Part shown: positions 49,289 through 58,941 of the stretch, in pieces
Numbering within the stretch: the stretch's first letter is position 1
Layout: each line of letters starts with the position of its first letter
Assembly: GCA_026391075.1 (NCBI GenBank)
Contig: JAPLES010000009.1
Span: 32,828 to 96,827, forward strand
Reading direction: 5' to 3'
Source of the DNA: Bacteroidota bacterium
GTDB taxonomy: Bacteria; Bacteroidota; Bacteroidia; Chitinophagales; LD1
Length of the DNA: 64,000 nt
The notes under the pieces: generated by a model
Told to the model about the DNA's origin: nothing
The model's database searches: none
Seen by the model: only the letters and a program-made list of their open reading frames with translations
Made by a program: the position numbers and the translations under genes

Positions 49289-49879
49289 ATGAATTGCGCA
49301 AAAAACAAATTGCAGTTGAACGCGCTGTTTCACTTTCTATCTATTGTCTTTTGTCTATCGTCTATAATCTCACTTTCTTCTTGTGGCAATAATTCTGAAA
49401 CTGCGAAGCTGATTATCTCTCGCGCCAACGTAAATATTGAAAAGGGAAAGGACGTTGAAATAAATTATTCCGATGAAGGAGTGGTGCGTATTCAAGCAAG
49501 CGGACATACCGTTACGCGCTACAACACCGCTAAACCTTACCTCGAATTTTCTGACGGAATGAAACTTCTGTTTTACAATGCCGACCACAAAGTAGAAAGC
49601 ACGCTCACAGCCAAGTATGCTACCGCCATTGAAAACAGTCACTCTATGACAGCGCGCGATAGCGTGGTGGTGGTCAACCAAAAAGGGGAAATTTTAAATA
49701 CCGATGAATTGATTTGGGATGAAGACAAAAAAATAATTTACTCAAATTCGTTTGTAAAGATTACAACACCCGATGAAATTATTTACGGCAATGGAATGAC
49801 CGCCAACGAAAACTTTACCGATTATGTGATTAAGCACATCACGGGAACCATAAGAGTAAGGACAAGTCAACTCGAATAA
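49289..49879 (+). CDS. lptC: LPS export periplasmic protein LptC (lipoprotein form)
   Basis: Lipobox LSSC. The body resembles LptC (…LLFYNADHKVESTLTAKYA…DELIWDEDKKIIYSNSFVKITTPDEIIYGNGM). Confidence 0.7.
   Translation: MNCAKNKLQLNALFHFLSIVFCLSSIISLSSCGNNSETAKLIISRANVNIEKGKDVEINYSDEGVVRIQASGHTVTRYNTAKPYLEFSDGMKLLFYNADHKVESTLTAKYATAIENSHSMTARDSVVVVNQKGEILNTDELIWDEDKKIIYSNSFVKITTPDEIIYGNGMTANENFTDYVIKHITGTIRVRTSQLE
49335..49369. repeat. heptamer tandem repeat (ttctatc tattgtc ttttgtc tatcgtc tataatc) encoding the lptC signal-peptide core
   Basis: Read directly. The GTCTNTN phase is the reverse-complement family of CAGACAA at 44861. Confidence 0.75.
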
Positions 49880-49889
49880 ATTTTGAACT

Positions 49890-50114
49890 ATGAAAATTCT
49901 ACAATACTTTGAAAAGGCATGGATTGGTGCTGCTATTGCTTCTATTATAGTAGCGGTTTATAATCTCATTTCGCTGCGCGAAATAAATAACCGTGTTTAC
50001 TTCCCAGTTTTCTGCGCAATGTTTTGCGTGCTGATTTGGTTCAACATTCGAGGGCAAAGAAAATTCAGAGAAAAAATGTTTGGTGAAAACCCGGAAAACA
50101 AAAAGCCGGAATAA
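49890..50114 (+). CDS. small two-TM membrane protein (74 aa)
   Basis: Two hydrophobic segments and an ATG start. No family recognised. Confidence 0.4.
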   Translation: MKILQYFEKAWIGAAIASIIVAVYNLISLREINNRVYFPVFCAMFCVLIWFNIRGQRKFREKMFGENPENKKPE

Positions 50115-50168
50115 GTCGTACGAAAAACTCTGCGTTTCACTCTTATACAGTATAAAATGGGTTTTATT

Positions 50169-50912
50169 CTAACTCAATCGCGCGCATTTCAAATGTAGTT
50201 TCCAAACTACTTGTTTTACTTCTTCATCGTTCCATAGAGCATTTAATTTTGGTAAAAGAAATTCGATGGGGTCGCTGTTGTGTTTCGCTACATAGTTGTT
50301 GTATGAACTCCAACTTTTTATATAGTTGAGCCATTGCTGCCGGTTCCAAGTTGCGGTGCAAAAAAAATCGGGCGTGTTAAGCGGCTCGAAAGGAAAGGGA
50401 AGTGTTTTATACTCATTGCGTACATACCATCTGCCATCGGGCCAATAGTTATAGAGCAAGTCATACATGAACCACTCCATCAGTTCATCAATAGGGGGAG
50501 CTATTTTTGCTACGCTATAAGTCCATAAAGCGAGAATGCCGTTTGGTTTTGCTACACGCTTAGCCTCTGCATAAAACAAATCATGATTAAACCAGTGAGC
50601 GGCAGTGGCCGCGGTAATCGAGTCAACAGAATTATCGGGTAAGTTGCTTTGCTCGGCTGTGCCTACTTTGTATTCAATATTGTTTCGAAGCATGGCGTTT
50701 TTAATCCGCTGCTCGCTGCCATCGGTAGCAATTATTTTTTCGAAATGCTTGGCTAGAGACACCGCAGCTTGTCCGTTTCCGGTGGCGCAATCCCAGCAAC
50801 TGTTTTTTGATGGAGAAATAGAGGCAAGAAATTCAAAAAGATTTTCAGGGTAAGTAGGCCGGGCTTGTAGATAAATTTCTGCCTGCCGTGAAAAGTGGTC
50901 TTGAAATTTCAT
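50169..50912 (-). CDS. class I SAM-dependent methyltransferase
   Basis: Motif I CWDCATGNGQAA. ATG at 50912 (MKFQDHF). Confidence 0.82.
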   Translation of the reverse strand: MKFQDHFSRQAEIYLQARPTYPENLFEFLASISPSKNSCWDCATGNGQAAVSLAKHFEKIIATDGSEQRIKNAMLRNNIEYKVGTAEQSNLPDNSVDSITAATAAHWFNHDLFYAEAKRVAKPNGILALWTYSVAKIAPPIDELMEWFMYDLLYNYWPDGRWYVRNEYKTLPFPFEPLNTPDFFCTATWNRQQWLNYIKSWSSYNNYVAKHNSDPIEFLLPKLNALWNDEEVKQVVWKLHLKCARLS

Positions 50913-50955
50913 AAGGCAAAGCAAAGAAGTTCAGTTCGGTAACAAATAAAAGTAT

Positions 50956-50973
50956 TTCGAAATTAATTTCGGA
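50956..50973. promoter_or_regulatory. 18-nt near-perfect palindrome TTCGAAATTAATTTCGGA, candidate TetR operator
   Basis: 8 of 9 arm positions are complementary. Lies in the divergent region between the methyltransferase and tetR genes. Confidence 0.3.
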
Positions 50974-51061
50974 AACTTTGAATCTCTTCTAGGTTTCCAC
51001 AGTTTTTATCGGATACATTTGCCGCCCGAAAATAAAATCAACCGAAAGGTCGTCTCCCATT

Positions 51062-51676
51062 TTGAAAAACAAACAATTACAACTCTTACTTAGCAAAAGT
51101 GGCGAACTGTTTAAGAAGTACGGCATCAAAAATTTGACGATGGATGATGTGGCGCGCGAGTTGGGTATGAGCAAGAAAACTATTTATGTTTTAGTGGAAG
51201 ACAAAAACGAATTGGTAAGGCTTTCCATGCAAAATTATTTGGAGGAGGAGCGCAATCAATTGGAAGAAATTTTAAAAACGGCAAAAGATTCGATTGACGA
51301 AATGATTCAAATGATTTCGTATTTCATTCATCAGGTGCAGGAGTTTAACCCTTCGGCATTGAACGATTTACAAAAATATTACCCCGAAACGTGGGACATT
51401 TATAATTCGTACCGTTTTCATTTTATGCTGAAAATGGTTACAAAAAATTTGGAGAGTGGAGTAAAACAGGGTGTTTATCGTAAAGAATTGAATGCCGATA
51501 TTATTTCGAAAATTTATATTGCGGGTATTGATATTCTGATTAACCAGCAATTGTTTCCTAGTAAGAAATACGTGTTTTTGGATACCTACAAGGAGTATTT
51601 GAAATACCACCTTTGCGGAATTGTTTCAGTAAAGGGATTAAAAGTTTTAGAACAGCACAATTTGTTTAAGCGTTGA
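51062..51676 (+). CDS. TetR/AcrR-family transcriptional regulator
   Basis: N-terminal HTH (GIKNLTMDDVARELGMSKKTIY). TTG start; no in-frame ATG precedes the HTH. Confidence 0.85.
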   Translation: MKNKQLQLLLSKSGELFKKYGIKNLTMDDVARELGMSKKTIYVLVEDKNELVRLSMQNYLEEERNQLEEILKTAKDSIDEMIQMISYFIHQVQEFNPSALNDLQKYYPETWDIYNSYRFHFMLKMVTKNLESGVKQGVYRKELNADIISKIYIAGIDILINQQLFPSKKYVFLDTYKEYLKYHLCGIVSVKGLKVLEQHNLFKR

Positions 51677-51699
51677 ACGACACCATTAAAAAGTTTTGA

Positions 51700-53172
51700 A
51701 TGAAAAGGAATTTAATCTCGTGTATTAGTTTATTGTTAATGATTAATTTGGGGTTTTCTCAGCCTAAAGAGATTCAATTCTTTTCGTTGAATGAAGCCGT
51801 AAACTATGCCCTTCAAAACAATAAAGCCGCTAAGAACGCCAAGCTGGATATTGACAATGCCAAGTGGCGCAATCTTGAAATTGTATCACAGGGCTTACCT
51901 CAAATCACTTCGAGTATTGATTACTCTTATTACTTTAAGAAACCGGAATTGCCCGGCCTTTCAAAAATATTTTCTGATACATCCAGTTCCAACTACAAAG
52001 TATTTAGCTACTTGGCTGCACAAGGTGCCGCTTCAGGCGATAATACGATAATCGATATTTTGCAACAAAGCGCCATTGATAGTAAGGACAAAAAGGTAAG
52101 TTTTAATCTCTCGCATAACTTAAGTGCTAGCTTACAACTCACTCAGTTGATTTTTGATGGCCGATATGTTTTCGGAATTCAGGCCACAAAAGATTTAATG
52201 AAAACAGCTCGCCTTTCGCTACAGATGAGCGAAGTAGAAATCAAGTACGCAGTTACTAAAGCTTACTACCAGGCTCAGGCTGCTGAGGAAGCCAAAACGT
52301 TGCTTACCGATAATATGAAACTAGTAGGAAAATTATTGTCAGACACTCGTGCTATTTATAAGGAAGGTTTAATTGAAGAATTAGATGTGAACCGCTTGGA
52401 GTTGATACAGGCAAACCTCGAAAGCCAAATCAACAATTCCAATAAAATGGCGGAAGTTGCCTTAGCAAATGTGAAATTTCAGATGGGCCTACCGCTCGAT
52501 GAAGTAATTGTTCTTAAAGATCATTTGGATGAGTTAAAGACAAGCGTTACACCTGATTTAGCTACTAAATTCGATGCCACACAGCGTATAGAATATCAAC
52601 TATTAGAAGGTGCTGTAAAATTACAAGGCTACGACATTAAACAGAAACGCGTAGGTTACTATCCTTCGATTTACGGCTTTTTGAACTACGGTTGGAGTGC
52701 ACAATCGGATAAATTTGGCGATATCTTTAAAAAGGAAACTACCTACTATCCCGATGGAGATAGCCGTAGCAGAAGTCCGTGGTTCGACCAGGGATTGGCA
52801 GGCATTACTTTAAAGATTCCAATTTTCGATTCAGGCCTCAAAATGGCGCAGGTAAAACAAGCTAAGATAGAACAGACAAAACGCAGAAACGATTTTGAAG
52901 ATTTTAAAAATGCTTCGCAACTCCAGTACGTTTCTGCTCAAAGTAATTTTGCTTCGGCCTTAAACGATGAAATTATTTCGACCAAAACAGAAGAGCTTAG
53001 CAAAAAAATATTTGATAAAAATTCAATCAAATTTAAAGAAGGAGTGGGCAACAGTTTCGAGTTGGTGCAAAGCGAAACTGATTTTGTAACCAATCAGTTA
53101 AAGCATATTCAAAGTGTATTGAGTTTGCTTAGTAGCAAAGCAGATTTAGACAAGGCAATGGGAGTGAAATAA
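51700..53172 (+). CDS. TolC-family outer-membrane efflux protein
   Basis: Signal peptide, two-fold repeat of helical/beta segments, 490 aa. First gene of the efflux operon. Confidence 0.85.
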   Translation: MKRNLISCISLLLMINLGFSQPKEIQFFSLNEAVNYALQNNKAAKNAKLDIDNAKWRNLEIVSQGLPQITSSIDYSYYFKKPELPGLSKIFSDTSSSNYKVFSYLAAQGAASGDNTIIDILQQSAIDSKDKKVSFNLSHNLSASLQLTQLIFDGRYVFGIQATKDLMKTARLSLQMSEVEIKYAVTKAYYQAQAAEEAKTLLTDNMKLVGKLLSDTRAIYKEGLIEELDVNRLELIQANLESQINNSNKMAEVALANVKFQMGLPLDEVIVLKDHLDELKTSVTPDLATKFDATQRIEYQLLEGAVKLQGYDIKQKRVGYYPSIYGFLNYGWSAQSDKFGDIFKKETTYYPDGDSRSRSPWFDQGLAGITLKIPIFDSGLKMAQVKQAKIEQTKRRNDFEDFKNASQLQYVSAQSNFASALNDEIISTKTEELSKKIFDKNSIKFKEGVGNSFELVQSETDFVTNQLKHIQSVLSLLSSKADLDKAMGVK

Positions 53173-53173
53173 A

Positions 53174-53198
53174 CCCCCACCCCCTAAAGGGGGCTTAA
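53174..53198. repeat. C5/G5 hairpin element, copy 1 (cccccaccccctaaagggggcttaa)
   Basis: Read directly, 2 nt after the TolC-family gene's stop. Confidence 0.85.
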
Positions 53199-53230
53199 AG
53201 GCAAAAAACATAAAACAGAAAAAACATAAA

Positions 53231-54436
53231 ATGAAAATGACTTCAACAATGAAAAAGAATAAAAAATTGGCTGCTTGTATTAAAGCCCCGTTTAGGGGGT
53301 TGGGGGTGGTTGCTATTGCATCACTGCTTTTAGTGTCTTGCGGAAACTTCGTTGAAAAGAAAGGAATTGACGACAAGAAAAAACAATTAGCGGAGTACAA
53401 AACACAAGTGAAAGATTTATCGGGCAAAATCGAAATGCTTGAAAAAGAAATTGCCAAGCTAGACACCGGTTATCACGTAGCGCAAAAAACAAAATTGATT
53501 ACAGTTGAAACCTTGAAGAAACAAGACTTTAAACATTATATAGAAGTGCAAGGCAATGTAGATGCAGAAGAGAATGTGATTGCTTTAAATCAACAACCGG
53601 GTATTGTTACCAGCATCAATGTTAAAGTGGGAGACCATGTTACAAAAGGACAAATTTTGGGCCTCACACAAACTACTGCGGCTATCGAAGACCAAGTTCG
53701 CTCCACCGAAACACAAGTTACTTTAGCAAAAACAGCTTTTGAAAAACAAGCACGTTTGTGGGAGCAAAAAGTGGGAAGTGAAATTCAATACCTGCAAGCT
53801 AAAACACAAAAAGAAGCTGCCGAAGCAGGACTTTCGGGCTTGAAGAAACAATTAGAAATGACAAAAATTATTGCTCCTATCAGCGGCACTGTCGATGTGG
53901 TGAATTTGCGCATAGGTGATATGGCTGCACCGAGTCAGTTGATGCCGGGTATCAGAATTATCAATGAGCAAAACTTAAAAGTGAAAGCAAAATTAGCCGA
54001 TAGCGATTTCGGAAAAATTAAAAATAACGATAAAATCCATGTGGAGTTTCCCGATATCAATAAGGAAATTGAAACCACCGTTAGTTATGTGTCAAAGACA
54101 ATTGATCCACGTTCTCGCACATTTAGTTTAGAAGCAAAACTGAATAACTCACATGGCGAATACGGAGCTAACATGATTGCGAAACTTAAAATCAATGACG
54201 CTGTTTTGAAAAATGTTTTGTTAGTGCCTTCCAACGTTATTCAAAAATCGGCCGATGGAAATTATGTGTTGATTGCAAAAACGGAAGCTGGAACAAAGAG
54301 CGCAGAAAAAAGAATGGTGAAGACCGGTGCAGAATACAACGGTGTAACTGTTGTTACTGAAGGACTGAACGAAGGCGATAACATTATCACTTTTGGTTAC
54401 AGCGAAGTAGTGGATGGACAGCGAATAGAATATTAA
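53231..54436 (+). CDS. RND efflux periplasmic adaptor (membrane fusion protein), lipoprotein
   Basis: Lipobox LLVSCG, coiled-coil hairpin, and lipoyl/beta-barrel blocks (ITAPISGTV-like IIAPISGTVDVV). Confidence 0.9.
   Translation: MKMTSTMKKNKKLAACIKAPFRGLGVVAIASLLLVSCGNFVEKKGIDDKKKQLAEYKTQVKDLSGKIEMLEKEIAKLDTGYHVAQKTKLITVETLKKQDFKHYIEVQGNVDAEENVIALNQQPGIVTSINVKVGDHVTKGQILGLTQTTAAIEDQVRSTETQVTLAKTAFEKQARLWEQKVGSEIQYLQAKTQKEAAEAGLSGLKKQLEMTKIIAPISGTVDVVNLRIGDMAAPSQLMPGIRIINEQNLKVKAKLADSDFGKIKNNDKIHVEFPDINKEIETTVSYVSKTIDPRSRTFSLEAKLNNSHGEYGANMIAKLKINDAVLKNVLLVPSNVIQKSADGNYVLIAKTEAGTKSAEKRMVKTGAEYNGVTVVTEGLNEGDNIITFGYSEVVDGQRIEY
53283..53309. repeat. C5/G5 hairpin element, copy 2, inverted, inside the adaptor gene's signal-peptide codons
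   Basis: aagccccgtttagggggttgggggtgg. Its reverse complement matches copy 3 with one mismatch. Encodes KAPFRGLGV. Confidence 0.85.
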
Positions 54437-54438
54437 AA

Positions 54439-54464
54439 CCCCCAACCCCCTAAAGGGGGCTTAA
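54439..54464. repeat. C5/G5 hairpin element, copy 3 (cccccaaccccctaaagggggcttaa)
   Basis: Read directly, 3 nt after the adaptor gene's stop. Confidence 0.85.
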
Positions 54465-54480
54465 TGCAAAATCTTTTTAG

Positions 54481-57400
54481 ATGAATACGGAACGCCTCAA
54501 AGAATTAAAATTTACCAGTTGGTGTATTGATAATGCAACCAGCATTTATGTTTTCACCACAATCATTGTTATTTCGGGTTTGCTTGTTTATCAAAGTTTG
54601 CCGAAGGAATTATTTCCCGATGTTGTGGTTCCTACCATTTCTATTGCCACTATTTATCCGGGTGCCACCCCTGAAGATATTGAAACGTTGATTACTAAAC
54701 CCATTGAGAAACAAGTAAAGAGTATAAGTGGTGTAAAGAAAGTAACCAGCAATTCGCTTTCTGATGTTTCCATTATCACCGTTGAGTTTTCTACTGATTT
54801 AAAACCTACCGAGTGCAAACAAAAAGTTACTGATGCAGTGGCTAAAGGTAAAAAAGATTTGCCTACCGATTTGAAAACAGACCCGCAAATTCAAGAGTTT
54901 GATTTGAACGAGTTACCGATTATGAACATCAACATTGCCGGTGATTTTCCGCTAGACCAGATAAAAAAATACGCCAAGCAGCTGAAGGACAAAATAGAAA
55001 GCCAAAAAGAAATTACACGGGTTGATATAGTAGGTGGAGTAGATAGAGAAATTCAAATTAATGTGGACTTGTATAAAATGACGAGTGCCGGAATTTCTTT
55101 TTTGGATATTGAAAATGCCGTTCAGCGCGAGAATTTAAATATTTCGGGTGGTGAAGTGAATGTTGGCCAAGTGAGACGAAACCTTCGCGTAACAGGCGAG
55201 TTTAAACAACCAAAAGAAATTGGTGAAATAATTGTTCGCTCATTTACCGGCACTACCGTTTTTCTAAAAGACATTGCCAAGGTTGAAGATGGTTTTAAAG
55301 AGAAACAAGATTTTGCACAACTCGATCACAAACCGGTTATAGCTTTGAACGTGGTAAAACGCAGTGGCGAAAACTTAATTAATGCTACCGACCAGATTTA
55401 TCAAGTGCTGGAAGAATACCAAACCAATAAATTTCCTCAAGGACTTAAAATAAAAGTAACGGGCGATACATCAGAAAATACCCGCGTTCAGCTACACGAT
55501 TTGTTGAACACCGTAATCATCGGTTTTATTTTCGTGGTTTTTATTCTCATGTTTTTCATGGGGTTTTCTAATGCGTTTTTCGTAGGGCTTTCGGTTCCTT
55601 TAGCAACACTTGTTGCATTTTTGTTTATGCCGGCTCTTGGAATGACCATGAACGTAATGGTTCTTTTCTCACTACTGCTCGCACTTGGTATAGTAGTAGA
55701 TGATGCCATCGTAGTTATTGAAAACACACACCGTATTTATAATCGTTACGACTATGGCATTAAGCAATCGGCAAAATTTGCCGCAGGCGAAGTTTTTATG
55801 CCGGTACTTGCCGGAACGTTAACCACACTTGCCCCTTTCTTTCCGCTCTTATTTTGGCCGGGCATTATTGGAAAGTTCATGAAAAATCTTCCCATTACAC
55901 TTATTGTAACCTTAGGTGCTTCGTTGTTTGTAGCTTTTGTAATGAATCCGGTTTTTGCGGTTTCGTTTATGAAAAAAGATGATCACAACGCCAAATCGAA
56001 ATTGAAAGATTACTTAAAAGGCTTTATCCTTTTTGGGGTATTGGCAATAGGCGGATATGCAACAGGATATATAGGAGTAGGAAATTTTGCATTAACGGCT
56101 ATCGTTTTTATTCTGCTTTACCATTTTGCTTTATCTGGCGCAATTGTTTTGTGGCAAACAAAATTTTGGCCTATGGTAACCAATGTGTATCGCAAAATTT
56201 TACGTGTGTTTATTCAACGCAAACGTCCAATAGCTGTTGTATCAGCTACTCTGCTTTTGCTCGTGATTAGTTGGACCATTCTTTTTATTACTGGTGTTAA
56301 ACGCGAATTGTTTCCAAGTGGCGACCCTAACTTTGTGTATGTGTACTGCCGCTTGCCCAGTGGAACCGATGCTACTGCAACCGATTCAATAACACGAATT
56401 ATAGAAGGGCGTGTTTACAAAATAATGGGGGAGCATAATCCCGATGTGACTTCTGTAATTTCAAACGTTGGTTTAGGTGCCGGTGACCCTCAGAATCCCG
56501 ATAAAGTAGCTACCCCCAACAAAAGCAAAGTTACTGTTGCGTTTAAAAAATTTGCCGACCGAAAATATCCGCATACACAAATTTGGTTGGACAGTGTAAG
56601 AAATGAGTTTAAAAAAATTGGTATTGCTGGAGCCGAAATTTCGGTAGAGCCTGAAAGTAATGGACCACCAGTGGGCAAGCCAATTAATATTGAAATAAGT
56701 GGCGATGATTTTACTGTAATGAAAAGTTTGGCTTCTGAATTAAAAGCCAAAATTGATAAAGAAAATATTCCGGGTATTGATGAACTGAAAAGCGATTTAC
56801 AAATAAGCAAGCCCGAAATAATTATTGATATTGATAAAGAAAAAATGTTGCGCGAAGGAATTTCATTAGGACAAGTAGGTAGCGAGTTGCGTACCGCTTT
56901 GTTTGGAAAAGAAGCTTCGAAGTTTCGCGATAAAGATGAAGACGCATCTATTCAATTGCGCTTGCGTGCAGAAGACCGCATGAAAGTGGAACAACTCATG
57001 AACGTAAATATTTCGTACATGGATTTCAGTTCGGGACAATTTCGACAGGTGCCAATTTCTTCTATTGCCACTATTCACTACGACAATTCAATAAGTGTAA
57101 TCAATCGCAAAAATCAAAAACGTGTAGTAACCTTAGCTTCTGAACTTAGCGAAGACCATACCGCTAACGAAATTATTCCTTCTATAGAGCAGATAATAAC
57201 CAATATGAATGTTCCAGAGGGTTACGATATTAAAATGACCGGTGCCGAAGAACAGGAAAAAGAAACTGGTGTGTTTTTGGGGATTGCTTTTTTAGGTGCT
57301 ATAGCTATGATGTTTATGATTATGGTGTTTCAGTTTAACTCGGTTATTAAGCCACTTATCATTTTCACTACTGTTATTTTTTCACTTATAGGAGTGGCTA

Positions 57401-57846
57401 TAGGTTTTACAATTACGCGAATGACTATGAGCACGGTAATGACCGGAGTAGGCGTTTTTGCCCTTGCGGGAATTGTTATTAGAAACGGAATTCTATTGAT
57501 TGAGTTTATTGATGAATTGCGCGAACGCGGCATGGAAGTAAACGAAGCAGTAATAGAAGGTGGAGCTACTCGTATGACACCCGTTATACTTACAGCCGCT
57601 GCGGCAATACTTGGATTAATTCCGTTGGCTATTGGATTGAATATGGACTTTGCCACTTTATTTAGCGAGTTGAATCCACATTTTTATTTGGGTGGCGATA
57701 ACGTTGTGTTCTGGGGTCCCCTTGCCTGGACTATGATTTATGGTTTAATAATGGCAACGTTTCTTACCCTATTGGTAGTGCCTACTATGTATATACTTGG
57801 TTACAAAACCCGCGAAAAATTCAGAAGAATGTTTTCGAAAGCATAA
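54481..57846 (+). CDS. RND-family efflux transporter permease (AcrB/HAE1-like)
   Basis: 1121 aa with 12-TM, two-large-loop RND architecture and conserved GIVVDDAIVVIEN. Confidence 0.95.
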   Translation: MNTERLKELKFTSWCIDNATSIYVFTTIIVISGLLVYQSLPKELFPDVVVPTISIATIYPGATPEDIETLITKPIEKQVKSISGVKKVTSNSLSDVSIITVEFSTDLKPTECKQKVTDAVAKGKKDLPTDLKTDPQIQEFDLNELPIMNINIAGDFPLDQIKKYAKQLKDKIESQKEITRVDIVGGVDREIQINVDLYKMTSAGISFLDIENAVQRENLNISGGEVNVGQVRRNLRVTGEFKQPKEIGEIIVRSFTGTTVFLKDIAKVEDGFKEKQDFAQLDHKPVIALNVVKRSGENLINATDQIYQVLEEYQTNKFPQGLKIKVTGDTSENTRVQLHDLLNTVIIGFIFVVFILMFFMGFSNAFFVGLSVPLATLVAFLFMPALGMTMNVMVLFSLLLALGIVVDDAIVVIENTHRIYNRYDYGIKQSAKFAAGEVFMPVLAGTLTTLAPFFPLLFWPGIIGKFMKNLPITLIVTLGASLFVAFVMNPVFAVSFMKKDDHNAKSKLKDYLKGFILFGVLAIGGYATGYIGVGNFALTAIVFILLYHFALSGAIVLWQTKFWPMVTNVYRKILRVFIQRKRPIAVVSATLLLLVISWTILFITGVKRELFPSGDPNFVYVYCRLPSGTDATATDSITRIIEGRVYKIMGEHNPDVTSVISNVGLGAGDPQNPDKVATPNKSKVTVAFKKFADRKYPHTQIWLDSVRNEFKKIGIAGAEISVEPESNGPPVGKPINIEISGDDFTVMKSLASELKAKIDKENIPGIDELKSDLQISKPEIIIDIDKEKMLREGISLGQVGSELRTALFGKEASKFRDKDEDASIQLRLRAEDRMKVEQLMNVNISYMDFSSGQFRQVPISSIATIHYDNSISVINRKNQKRVVTLASELSEDHTANEIIPSIEQIITNMNVPEGYDIKMTGAEEQEKETGVFLGIAFLGAIAMMFMIMVFQFNSVIKPLIIFTTVIFSLIGVAIGFTITRMTMSTVMTGVGVFALAGIVIRNGILLIEFIDELRERGMEVNEAVIEGGATRMTPVILTAAAAILGLIPLAIGLNMDFATLFSELNPHFYLGGDNVVFWGPLAWTMIYGLIMATFLTLLVVPTMYILGYKTREKFRRMFSKA

Positions 57847-57872
57847 ATCAAAAACTTACTCCTTAATATATG

Positions 57873-57909
57873 GAACCGCAAAGCTTGAATGTTTTGCGGT
57901 TCTTTTTTT
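57873..57909 (+). terminator. rho-independent terminator after the RND operon
   Basis: gaaccgcaaa pairs with tttgcggttc, then ttttttta. Confidence 0.78.
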
Positions 57910-58074
57910 ATGGTTAGTCAAAAGCTAAGACTTGTATTCCTAAAATTTTCGGGAGTTTCGAAACCTTTTGCAAAACGTTTCCGTTAAAGAACGCACCGAC
58001 TGATGTTTGGCAAAATAAATAATCAAACACCCCCGGTAAAAAATTAAACAACAAAAAACTAAACTTTAAGTAAA

Positions 58075-58884
58075 ATGAAAACTACAACAACCAGATTCGC
58101 GCTAATTGCATTTTTTGCAACAGCTATGGCACTCAGTTCATGCCAGAAGGAAAAAACGAACGTTACATTAAAAACAAACGACACTAACTCATTCCAGTTA
58201 ACCGACCAGATTATTGGCGAGGTAACAGGCTTCAGCGATAATACAGCGGGCAAAACAGAAGGCCCATCATGCAGAACCGTTACTATTGATTCTTCTAACC
58301 CAGCAACACGTGTTTTTACTTTTAATTATGGTGGAGGTTGCCAAACTAGAAGAGGTATTGTGCGCTCAGGTGAAATGATTGTGAGTCTGGACCAAACCAG
58401 CATCACTACTCCAGGTGTTAACATTAATATTTCTTTCAACAACTATATGATTAACAATAATCAAATAACCGGTGGAACTACAGCTATAAATACCGGCTAT
58501 AACGGTAATGGTAATTTGACTTTCACTTTTAATTCAAACCTTACTTCTACTGATATAACTAGCGGTGCTACTTCTAATGCAGTAAGCACAAACTACTACG
58601 AGTGGTTAACAGGTTCAGCTACTTCAACTAAAGAAGATGATACTTACGCAATAACCGGAGGCGGAACAGGAACTGATGTATTAGGAAATAGTTTTACTGA
58701 AAGCATTACTACTCCATTAATTAAAAACAAAGCTTCTAACTGCGTGCCTTTTGCAATCACAGGAGTGGTTTTGAATCAAACATCAGGTCAGTCAGATAAA
58801 ACAACAGACTACGGAAGTGGACTTTGCGATAACCTTGCAATTGTTACACAAAACGGAAACTCACAGCAAATCGTTCTTCAGTAA
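58075..58884 (+). CDS. hypothetical lipoprotein
   Basis: Signal peptide with lipobox ALSSC; T/N/G-rich beta-type sequence. No family recognised. Confidence 0.5.
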   Translation: MKTTTTRFALIAFFATAMALSSCQKEKTNVTLKTNDTNSFQLTDQIIGEVTGFSDNTAGKTEGPSCRTVTIDSSNPATRVFTFNYGGGCQTRRGIVRSGEMIVSLDQTSITTPGVNINISFNNYMINNNQITGGTTAINTGYNGNGNLTFTFNSNLTSTDITSGATSNAVSTNYYEWLTGSATSTKEDDTYAITGGGTGTDVLGNSFTESITTPLIKNKASNCVPFAITGVVLNQTSGQSDKTTDYGSGLCDNLAIVTQNGNSQQIVLQ

Positions 58885-58905
58885 AAACCACAAAATAGTT
58901 TAAAC

Positions 58906-58941
58906 AAAAAACCCTTCCGAAAATCGGAAGGGTTTTTGTTT
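58906..58941. terminator. bidirectional terminator
   Basis: A-run, cccttccga (58912-20) pairs with tcggaaggg (58924-32), then a T-run. Lies between convergent genes. Confidence 0.8.
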
